DNA of 20,000 bases from Veleropilina oligotropha (lineage: Eukaryota): assembly GCA_048128005.1 (NCBI GenBank), contig JBEUKZ010000125.1, positions 481,206 to 501,205 on the forward strand, given 5' to 3'. The stretch's first letter is position 1; every line of letters begins with the position of its first letter. The notes under the pieces are model-generated. The model was not told where the DNA came from and searched no databases. It was given only the letters and a program-made list of their open reading frames with translations. The position numbers were made by a program, and so were the translations under genes. This document shows positions 8,653 to 17,900 of this stretch, piece after piece.

Positions 8653-10872
8653 CTAGGGCCGCGGCTTCCCTCTCCCGCTCTGACGGGATTTCGTCGGAGG
8701 TGCTTTCTTCGCAACAGGTTTGTTGGCCTGAGAAGGCCGACCCGGCGAAGGTTTAGCACGCTTGGAAGGCGTATGAGACCGGGACGGTCTCGAGCGCTTC
8801 CTAGAGGTAGCAGTCGGCGTGCTCTGAGGAGTAGCCAAGACTGCCTTCTCGATTGCGCGATCCTTGAGGTCAGCCGCTCGCTTCTCGACAAATTCGGGGA
8901 ATTTGTCGCCGAAGAGAGTAGAGGCCGACAACGGTACACAACGTAGAGACAGCCGGGTGGCGTCGTCTAGGGTGGTGCCGTCTAGGCAAGCGTCTCTACG
9001 AAGTAGGGCAGCATTGCCTAAGGATCGGGCTGACTCCGACGCGGAGTGCTCCGTGGAGGCGGCAACCTCTTCGAGAAAGGACAGTGCGATCTCACGAGCG
9101 CGGGGTCCGTTCTCTTGTAGTACGGTAATGGCTCCGTCTAGGAAAAAATCCTGGATAGAGGCATGCCGTAGAGCCCGACGAGCGGAGCTCTCAAAGCCCT
9201 CCATGGCGACCCATGGGACTTTGACCACTGAGGGAGCTGTGCTGGCCGACAGTCGACGCATCGCTGCATCGATCTGAACCGGCTCAGTCTCCAGACACGC
9301 CCCAGAGCATCCGATCGAAATCGGATGCTTACCGGGTCGGAGGTACTTCCCTTTACGGAGACCACGAGGGTACTCTGTTAATGAGGAAGTCTCCACCGAT
9401 TTGGGTCCCTGAATGGATTTGGTCGCCGAGTCGAGGACGAGCGAGACCAACCCAGACTGGGGTAGGGTAGGAAGCAGGGGGGCTTCCGGCCCATCAAATC
9501 GACGTGCCGCTGTCCTGTGCCTGACGAAGCCTACCGGCAGAGCCGGGTCTGGCAAGTCTAGCACCCCGCGAAGCGACGCGACAGCGTCGTATCTTCTGCG
9601 GGTGGCGGAGATGGTCTCATGCGTGCCCGACTGACTACAAGAGTCGTCTGGTCCGACCGATTCAGGGAGGTCAGAGTGAGTAGAAGCACTGTCCTCGTCG
9701 GAACGAGGATCGACTTCCATCACCGAAGCATGAGCCGAGCCCGGCGTTACGGTCAGAGACGTTGGGACCTGGGGCGGCTGGGTAGCCGGTTGCCAGGACC
9801 TACAACGTGCCTCGACTTCCATCGCAATCATAGCCTGGACGCTCTCAAGAGAGAAACCCGGAGGCATGACGGACGTCGGACCAACAGCCATTGGTCCGCT
9901 CGAGGATACCGTAGCGCATGGTTGACGGGCTGCACGGACAGGTGGAGCCGAGTACCAGGGACTCGGGTTACCTGTCGGGAAACCGCTACCAGGGAAACGG
10001 CCCGGAGGCGCGTTAAACGGTGCGAGCGACCCGTAAGACTGCGACCACAGTCCATACGGGTCTGTAACCCTGCTCGGGTGAGGCACGGGGGTATACCCGC
10101 CGTAGGCCTCAGCCCCGAACGCAGCCGGTCCTACCACACCACCCGGGACGTCTTGAAAAGAACCGTCAGAGGAGGTTGGCCTTCCATCACTCTCGTGGGC
10201 CCCGACAGTGGCGGAATTAGCCTTTAAGCTAGCGCCATTGTCGGACGAGAGGACGGGTTGCGTCGAGCGTCTGGGACTTCGACCACGGTCGTGGTGCCCA
10301 GCAACTGTATCGACTTTCTCTGCTAGTCTCCTTCGCCCCGTTTCCGAGGTTACTTGACTCACAGAAGGACTAACGCTGCCTTGCTCCTCCGAGGCCGGAG
10401 GAGAGGAAAGGTTTTGTCTGCCCTGTACAGCTTTTCGCCGCGGCGCTCGATGTATCTCACTGGCCGGCAAGATACTTTGAGCAGCGGTTACTAGGCCCAA
10501 AGGAGAGGTATCGGTCGGCGCTCGGGCCCTTACCTGAATCTGAGATCCCGACGAGACCGGGACTTTCCCCAAAGTCTCGGAGGTGTCGTCGGGCCCACCA
10601 CGGCTACCGTCGAGAGGGTCTGAAAGAGAAAGTGAAGGATTAAAACCTGTCTCTAGCCTCTGGAGCTTCTCGGTGGATGCCCCCTCGGAAGAAGATACCC
10701 TGGTTGTCTTCTCCGAAGGAAAAAGAGTCTCCCACTGCCGATTCGTCAGTGTAACGCAATGCCCACATGGATTGTCCTTACTGCTAGAACACACACGGTG
10801 AAAAGTGCATTCGGAGTGCTTGTCAAAACCACGGATTTTCTGTCTGCACTCGGAAACACTGCAATGCTTCAT
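8653..10872 (-). CDS. DIRS ORF1, gag-like protein
   Basis: First ATG at 10872 (MKHCSVSEC...DKHSEC...C...CGHC), an N-terminal Zn-binding motif typical of DIRS1 gag. Followed by an S/P-rich linker and a helical C-terminal domain (LLRRD...LRCVPLSASTLFG), positioned upstream of pol. Confidence 0.85.
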   Translation of the reverse strand: MKHCSVSECRQKIRGFDKHSECTFHRVCSSSKDNPCGHCVTLTNRQWETLFPSEKTTRVSSSEGASTEKLQRLETGFNPSLSLSDPLDGSRGGPDDTSETLGKVPVSSGSQIQVRARAPTDTSPLGLVTAAQSILPASEIHRAPRRKAVQGRQNLSSPPASEEQGSVSPSVSQVTSETGRRRLAEKVDTVAGHHDRGRSPRRSTQPVLSSDNGASLKANSATVGAHESDGRPTSSDGSFQDVPGGVVGPAAFGAEAYGGYTPVPHPSRVTDPYGLWSQSYGSLAPFNAPPGRFPGSGFPTGNPSPWYSAPPVRAARQPCATVSSSGPMAVGPTSVMPPGFSLESVQAMIAMEVEARCRSWQPATQPPQVPTSLTVTPGSAHASVMEVDPRSDEDSASTHSDLPESVGPDDSCSQSGTHETISATRRRYDAVASLRGVLDLPDPALPVGFVRHRTAARRFDGPEAPLLPTLPQSGLVSLVLDSATKSIQGPKSVETSSLTEYPRGLRKGKYLRPGKHPISIGCSGACLETEPVQIDAAMRRLSASTAPSVVKVPWVAMEGFESSARRALRHASIQDFFLDGAITVLQENGPRAREIALSFLEEVAASTEHSASESARSLGNAALLRRDACLDGTTLDDATRLSLRCVPLSASTLFGDKFPEFVEKRAADLKDRAIEKAVLATPQSTPTATSRKRSRPSRSHTPSKRAKPSPGRPSQANKPVAKKAPPTKSRQSGRGKPRP

Positions 10873-11630
10873 AGCTACGCACACGGGTAGGTAGGAGATA
10901 GGGTTTTTGAAGTGATAAGGATATTTCCCGGGTAGTTTACCAAATTACTACTACAACCTCGATTGTACCTGATCCGAGAGTTGGAAAAGGCTGAAATACG
11001 CCTATAACTTACGGCGGATTATACGCCCAAAAACACCGACTTTATATTTTTACTTTATAAAAACCAGTCGGTCAACGAATTGAGAAACGGGAGGTCTTCT
11101 TTCCAAGAAACCGCCCTTTTACACCTAAAAACCTCTTGGATGTATATATATCAATTTGTTAGAATTCGGCGTGCTATCCCCGATTTAGCAGATTTACCAA
11201 AATAACGCTAGTTAAATTCTAAATAATCTGCTGTTCAACGACGATAAATTTGATTTTACATAAATTTATAGCAAGAAAAAAATTCAAGCAATATCAATAA
11301 TCAAACTCTCCCTGACTCCGTAGTAATTGCTAGGGAGCTTCCTTCTTTAAATATCCCTCTGAGCGTCTTCTTTTCTTTCTGTTTCAGAAGTCCAAGATGG
11401 CGTCGTCAATGGAGGCTGTCGATTTCGTTTTCTGTCCTTGTTGTAGACAGGAAAAACTTCTAAGAAGGCGTCTTATTCAGGAGGAGACTCTCAGTCTTTC
11501 CACTAAACGTGTTCACAACACTATATTAGATCTTATGAGCTTATAGATTTTTAAAATCGGGCTCGAAAAAGATCGAAAAATCACAAAGATTGTGGAGCAA
11601 AGCAAAACGCGACTTGTACAATCGAGCGGA

Positions 11631-11836
11631 AAACTTCGGATGAGGTCTTGACCCTTGGGTCACGAGGATCTCGCGGGAGTTGGCGAGCTCTTAATAGACA
11701 TGAACTGGAGGAGGTCGAGCAGGTCACTGGGTCAGCTGGGTTCAATTTACTAAAAAGTGCGAAATTACCATTTCCACCTTGTCCGGATTTAGCGATAATA
11801 GGCTTATTATGGCATTAGTAAGGACGTAAGTATATT
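11631..11836. repeat. DIRS 5' inverted terminal repeat (206 bp); element start extends to 11848
   Basis: Reverse complement of 4530-4735. Confidence 0.95.
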
Positions 11837-11846
11837 TGATATAGAT

Positions 11847-11984
11847 ATATGGTATATACAGGGTGAGTAAAATTCATATCAGGCTAGAGCGAAGGTGGAG
11901 TAACCCCATATGGATTATACACGGTCGACACGTGATGGGTCTAACCCAATCACTATCGTAGAAACTTGTTGGAGGTAAGATATA
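11847..11984 (+). repeat. Right part of the palindromic host element: fused direct copies of 3806-3853 and 4411-4497
   Basis: atatggtatatacagggtgag...gagcgaag (48 bp, 1 mismatch to 3806-3853) is joined directly to ggtggagtaaccccatatgg...ggaggtaagat (several mismatches to 4411-4497). Confidence 0.85.
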
Positions 11985-12792
11985 CTAGTATACCTCATTA
12001 GTAACTGATGATCGACAAGCCACATATATGTAGCTCAGATGTATTATTGTGTATACGACTCCTAAAAAAGATACCCAGAAACACATATGACTCAAACAGA
12101 AACAAGCGCATCCGAGAGGAAGCATAGTAGAACCATAATAAAGTCATCGTGGACATACACCACCACCACACAGATAGACAGACAGCCTCAATACAATAGT
12201 TTATCCGTAAACGGCTCAAATAATTATAATCCAGAGCATACTTCAACATCTTTCCTGGCAACAGCAACAATCACCTGGTCATCACAGACAATCTCACATT
12301 CGAGCAAATAGCCAGAAGATTACATAATAATGAGATAGAAATTCACCAGAGCAAAAAATAGTCTATCTAAAAATCTACAATACACCTACGAAAACTCATC
12401 ATATGCAAACATACATGAATAAACTCTAAGTTGGACATGAACTTCTAATCCTGTGAGTGATATAATACCTGAGCCACTGGTGGCTGCAGCCCTTCAATCT
12501 CTTCATAATACAGATATGCAAAATGGCAAGAAGAGATTATTTCACAAACCACACTACTACCACACTCTTAAAACATTTCTGTGACGTCATCTATTGTTCT
12601 GGGCAGTTGTTTATTCTGCCTATTCAATCGAAGAACAAAGCTTTGTTGGCCCAGCCGTTGAATAGTTTAAAGGCATTCATCTAATACACGGCAATTAAGA
12701 CTTTCATTCAACTAATGCACTCCATTTAACTACAATAGAGGTACCTGGTGGGGAATGAGGCTATTGTTCAATGGTGAAATGTTTTAAGTGAC

Positions 12793-12905
12793 ATAAACTA
12801 CTCGATAGCGTTGAATAGTTCAGAGAAAACACTCCCGTCTCGGGCCTAACGGCCCTCGACAAGTCGTGTATTCTCTGAACTATTCAACGCTATCGAGTAG
12901 TTTAT
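12793..12905. repeat. Long palindrome: perfect 35-bp arms around a structured loop
   Basis: ataaactactcgatagcgttgaatagttcagagaa (12793-12827) and its exact reverse complement (12871-12905), with an inner gggcc-taac-ggccc hairpin. Confidence 0.92.
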
Positions 12906-12939
12906 CCCATACATAGTGGGCCATAAAGTGATCTTACAA

Positions 12940-13410
12940 ACCAACAGACATCAACATACTGATCTGTGAAAATTGGACGTAAATGTTGACAAAGTGGGGT
13001 ATTGGTCTCACACCAGTGCTCCAGCTACTCTGTGCCAAATACTAACACGGACAAAGAAAGTAGTGACTGTTCTAGATCTACAAGCCATCTGAGTAATTCA
13101 TCAAGCCTTATACATAAAAGTAGCAGAAGTTGTTTGACAGAATCAGAAGACATATCGGAATGTGACTTTGAGGATGAGAACCTTTCACACGATATGCCAT
13201 CTCCTTTCCGTTATTAGTATGCGGTTTGGAAAAGCTGGTCTTCGAGAATTGACAGTTGATAATGGAGTCATCGCAAAGGAGTCGACCAAGAGCGTTGTTG
13301 AATGCAGACAGTGCAACAGTTACAGTAGTGTTAAGCTCCAAATCATCTATAAAGCACTGTCAATGCGTCAGCAGCAGGGGGGGTCAGTAGACTTTTTAGA
13401 ATGGGAAAAT
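12940..13410 (+). pseudogene. Decayed Academ-like DNA transposase fragment
   Basis: Frame +1 reads VDKVGYWSHTSAPAT..ILTRTKKVVTVLDLQAI*VIHQALYIKVAEVV*Q...VTLRMRTFHTICHLLSVISMRFGKAGLREL..NGVIAKES..IYKAL. This follows the GYLPTINAPAT / FDQALYAKA / LRMGxFH / RFxDAGLRDL pattern I recall for invertebrate Academ transposases, with in-frame stops. Confidence 0.6.
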
Positions 13411-14030
13411 AAGGCTCCCAGCACCCGTTCAGGCTCCCAGGGTCGGGCTTGTATTATAACAGTCACCGTGTTTACATACAGCTCTGTCTGAAAACCAGGT
13501 TAGCTTATGAACGTCGTGAATTGACCCAATTTATCCTGACCGCTGTTATCTACAATCCATAGTCTATTCAAATACTACCTGGTTGCCTAGTTACGTCGCG
13601 CACGACTGCGTATGGCCTAGTAGAAAAGATTGTTGTGGAGTGACTCACTGTTGGTATTCCCCTCGACTGAAATACATTATCCAGTATCAAAAGTATCAAA
13701 TAAAGATTGACTGGATAATGTGGCCACATTATAATCAATGGACAGTTAACTAATTAAGGATTCGGGATTTAATCGGCTTTACAATATGTCTAGAGTGTTG
13801 TAGGTTTTATTTTAATCAACGTAGTCTATGTTCAACGTTGTTGTGCTTTAATATTCACATCATAAGTGACGAGACACCTCCTCTCTTGCCTGCCATGGCT
13901 ACCTGACTATATAAGAACTGTCAGGCTTTAGTATTTATAAGATCTGATGCATATGTCACAACGACCTCCTCAGAATGCTTTCGCATGTTGCGTTTCGAAT
14001 TCTTGAGGAAGAAGGCTGCGTGGAGAAAAT

Positions 14031-14209
14031 GCTGAGAGATGGTCGAGAAGACACCCCAGGCTACGGCTGAAATTCAAGGGGGCTTCAAGAGGGCCGAGAG
14101 ATGGTCGAAGACACCCCAGGCTACGGCTGAAATTCAAGGGGGCTTCAAGAGGGCCGACAGATGGTCGAGAAGACACCCCAGGCTACGGCTGGAATACAAG
14201 GGGGCTTCA
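14031..14209. repeat. 60-62-bp tandem repeat, ~3 copies
   Basis: Units 14031-14092, 14093-14152 and 14153-14209, each containing agatggtcg(ag)aagacaccccaggctacggctg.aat.caagggggcttca. Confidence 0.93.
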
Positions 14210-14517
14210 TTCCGTGCAAATTGCATGGCGAGATTGCAGCCAGTTTAGATAAATATATAATTCCCGCTTGCGAGCGTGCAACTATCTGACGCACCGCCAC
14301 AGCCGGTAGATAACAGTGAGAAATAATGCCCATGTTTACCGCGACATAGTGCGGGTATATACTAGGATCTTCATACCTCTAATAGGAAATCTGGGTCAGC
14401 AGACGGCTGAACGGGCTATTAATATATGCTAGGAAAGCCGGAAATGTGTTTGAGGACAGGGAATCCCCGAGCAGCTGTTATGTAAGTATGTAGTTCCCGC
14501 TGGTAGCGTGCAGTTGC

Positions 14518-14856
14518 ATGGCGATAAGTGTCCTATTAGATATACCCACATCACAGGATATACCCACTGCAAAGGATACGATGAAGGGCACAGACACCTG
14601 TCACTGGCTTACTATAAGCTCCACAGAACTATGTGGTAAGAGTTGTCTGAAAGAGTTCTGTAAAGTCCACCTGGCTCGGCTACGGCGAAATGGCTGGGTC
14701 ACAAAGCCCTGCATCAAATGCGGCAAAGGCGTCTTCAACCGGTTTACGTTGTGTAAGGGCTGTGGGTATAAGAGTGAGAACTCTATGGACTGGCAACGAA
14801 AGAAAAGTGCCTTCCGGAGAGAGTTTCTCCGCTTGGCTGCAATTTACCACACGTAA
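14518..14856 (+). CDS. Small Cys/His-rich putative zinc-finger protein (start may be ATG 14581)
   Basis: C-x10-C-x3-C-x4-C-x2-H followed by CxxC-x10-CxxC and a basic helical tail. Co-oriented and 48 bp upstream of the large ORF. Confidence 0.65.
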   Translation: MAISVLLDIPTSQDIPTAKDTMKGTDTCHWLTISSTELCGKSCLKEFCKVHLARLRRNGWVTKPCIKCGKGVFNRFTLCKGCGYKSENSMDWQRKKSAFRREFLRLAAIYHT

Positions 14857-14904
14857 ATTTCCTATTAGAGAAGTAAAGATCTTAGTGTATGCCCGCCCGG
14901 CAAC

Positions 14905-17900
14905 ATGTCGACTATGGATGACTATATAGACCAACTGCTCGCAGACATGCAGGCATCTGAAACTCTCCGGGACGTGGTTCAGAATATTCTAGACGAACCA
15001 ATCCCGGAAGACGTGAAGGAGCGCTTGTTGAAGCCTCTGGTCCCATCCAAGGATCCCCAAACGGAGAGAAAGCGGAAAGCCATTGTTGAGGAATTTGACC
15101 CAATCCCCCTCTCCAAAAAGCCCCGGACAGCCCAGGACTACCAGAATGATCTACTAGGGCTGTTTACCACAACAGCGGGGCAACAATTCATCGACCTGGA
15201 TGACCAGGCCCCTCCCCCTGTAAGGCTCCCAGCAAAAGAGCCGTGGGTGGAACTCTTGAACGACGCCAAAGACGAGTTTGAGGTCGATGGCGCCGCGGCG
15301 GCCTTCTCCACATGGAGGGTAGAAGTAGAGAACATCGAAGCGAGGGCTGGCCGGCTGGCCCTGGATGCCCGTATGACAGACGCGAGAGCGGCACAGCTCC
15401 TCACAGCCCTTCCCAAGGGTGAGTTTCTCCTGAGGATAAAGTTCTTGCGGGAGTGGGGTGAAGGCGACTGGGTGGTCGAAGACAAGTTTGACCCGGTGAA
15501 GGCTGCGAGGAAGAAGGGCCAGGGTGTCGTTGAGATCTCTCAGGACACTAAGCCAGGTGCTATCACTGGGGTCGACAAAGCCTACTACGAGAATGCCTAC
15601 CCGGTTACTGCAGTCGTCTACGGCCTCTACCCTCTCAGAGAACCAAACCCAGCCAACCTGGTTCCAATGAAGAACGGCGATCTCAACTGCGTTGCCCAGA
15701 GAGTGGTTGAGCACTTCGAAGGTGCCCTGAGAGGAAACGGACTCACCCCGATAAGGCGGCAGAAAATACAGGAGTGGGAGGCGCGAGTTCATGTAACAGG
15801 CGCCACTGTGGATGATATATCCATCCTCGAGAAGATACTGAAACGGGCGATCATCGTGCGAGACATCGCAGGTGCCGACATCTACAACAGTGGTAAATAC
15901 CGCGGTCAAGGAAACCATACATTCAGACAAGTAGAACTCATCTGTCACAACGGCCACGCCTGGTCCAAGGACCTACACTTTCCGCAGTCTCGCGAGGTCC
16001 ACCTGTATGAGGGCGATGTCTGGGAAGCTATCCGACAAGCCACACATAATGAGCCATTGGCTGTCTGGCTCCTAGGCGGTACAGACCGACAGCTCAACGT
16101 GGACCAGTTCGTGCTGCAAGATGGCCGCACGTACCGGACAAAAGAGGCTCACGAGAGACTTCAAGAAGCCTGTACAGCGCTGGGGAATGAGTCCCTAGCC
16201 GATCGAGCCTTTGGCGAGAACCATGCAGCTAGCATTATGGCTAAGGAGACTAACGGCTGGAGACCTACCCCAGCGGGCCTGCTCGATGATATCCAGAAGG
16301 CCTGCGTAGAGCATGGCCATGGTGGCCTGTGGAATTCCATGAACTACGATACGGGCGATGTCTGCTGCATCGACATGAAAGCCTGCTACCCTGCCAGCTT
16401 TCTGGGGAAGGGCGAGGCTAAGCCGTACTTCGAAAGATTCGGGCACCCAACCCACAGCATGACCCGGGTCGCAATTAACGGTCCTCTACCCCGAGAAATC
16501 GGTACCGGGTTTGCCGAGGTCGTGGAATGGGAGTTCGCACAAGACATCCACCCCGTCATTCCCGCCTGGTTCGGAAAGCACTTTGCAGAGAATGGATGGG
16601 CCCCGACGCCTCTGCTCGCCTTCCTCATAGAATCTGGACTGCTAAAAAGCCTCAAGATCCGAGAAGCCATCATCGCGTTCAGAAAGCAAACCGATGTCTG
16701 GCTTCCTGAGAATCGTGACCAGGGATGCCGTATTATCGGCAAATTCACCCAAGGCGCCAAGGCTGACGGCAAAAGATTGACCCGTAGACTGGTGATTGAC
16801 CAGGGAGAGCTTGACTTCCTCGTAAGAGACACCCGACAAAGCGGTACCCTGGTCGGCGCACCTCAGAGATGCCCTATGGGTCACATCCTCACGTACTATG
16901 ATGGCTCCCAGCCTCAGTACGCCCACCTGAGGGCATCGATGCTGGCCTATGCCCACATAAGCCTCTTGAGCATGCTTCAGCGTTTCACCCCTGAGGAAGC
17001 TGTCCGAGTGGCCACTGACAGCATCTACCTCAAGAAGGCCTCAGTGGTATCAACGCAGAGTACTGTGTACGTTGCCCCACAGCTCTGCGACTGTGGCGAT
17101 AAATCGTGCATCTCCTGTCTGATCGGGGAGACGTACCTTCCGCCAGTAGCACCGGCCCAGTGGCGTGACAAGGGGGAACAGCTTTACCTGCCACAGGAAC
17201 ATGCCGCATACCTGCCCAAGCCAGAGTATTGTTGTGCCGCCAATTCCAGCCAGCCAAGCACCGCGCCTTGCTACAATGACACGCTGACCCACCATCGCCT
17301 GAGTTACCTCAATGGTGGAGGGGGCTGTGGCAAGACTACGAGAGCGATCGAGCTCTTCCGGGCAAGGAATCCCATTGTATTCACGCCAACCCACCGCCTC
17401 GCTAAAGAGATGCGAACCAGAGGCGTCAAAGCCCAGACCTACCACAGTTTCTTCCGATGGAGCGGCCAGACTGACTGGACACCCGACCGCATGGGTCAGA
17501 AGTTCATCCCCCGCGTCATTATCTGGGACGAGGTCTGTACTGTTCCCCGGCCTATCCTCGAGATGTTCTTGGACTGGCTGGGCCACCACGAAGTTCAGGT
17601 TATCTGCTGTGGCGATCAGGGCCAGCCACCACCGATTACGGGCGAGATGCCGCACGATTGGCTGCGACAGACCGCGGACTACTATGAGGAGATCGAAGTA
17701 GACTACAGGGCGAAAGACGACCCTGCCCTCCAAGCCCTGAAAAGACGTATACGTCTCCAGCCCGACAAAATCCAGTGCGGGGAAATGCGTAAGAGTCTCC
17801 CCAGCTGCCTTGGATGGGATCGGTTTGTCAACACCTGGAGGCCAGGCGACCTAATCCTCACCAGCCGTCAGAAGGTCCGCGAACGGGCTCAACAGCTGTT

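Larger units (their letters stand above)
4496..11848 (-). mobile_element. Full-length DIRS1-type tyrosine-recombinase retrotransposon
   Basis: Inverted terminal repeats, a 3' extension, an ICR complementary to both termini, and overlapping gag, RT-RH-MT and YR ORFs. Both ends share only an AT dinucleotide with the flanks. Confidence 0.95.

Noticed and set aside
5676..8939. 1087-aa ORF taken as one genuine protein from 8939
   Set aside because: Its N-terminal ~118 codons appear to be the pol frame, joined by a 4-bp frameshift at 8582-8585.
6088..10801. Numerous plus-strand and nested ORFs inside the DIRS
   Set aside because: Shadow frames of GC-rich overlapping coding sequence with no motifs.
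11998..12311. 90-aa and 74-aa ORFs; possible LINE endonuclease relic
   Set aside because: A/C-rich low-complexity sequence. No convincing motif in any frame I read.
13590..13621. Helitron 3' end (small hairpin gtcg-cgca-cgac followed by CTAG|T)
   Set aside because: The stem is only 4 bp and no matching 5' end was identified, which is too weak to call.
14031..14209. CRISPR array or coding repeat (ORFs 13970-14176, 14039-14248)
   Set aside because: Head-to-tail repeats with no spacers. Unit lengths of 62 and 60 break the frame, so the ORFs are by-products.
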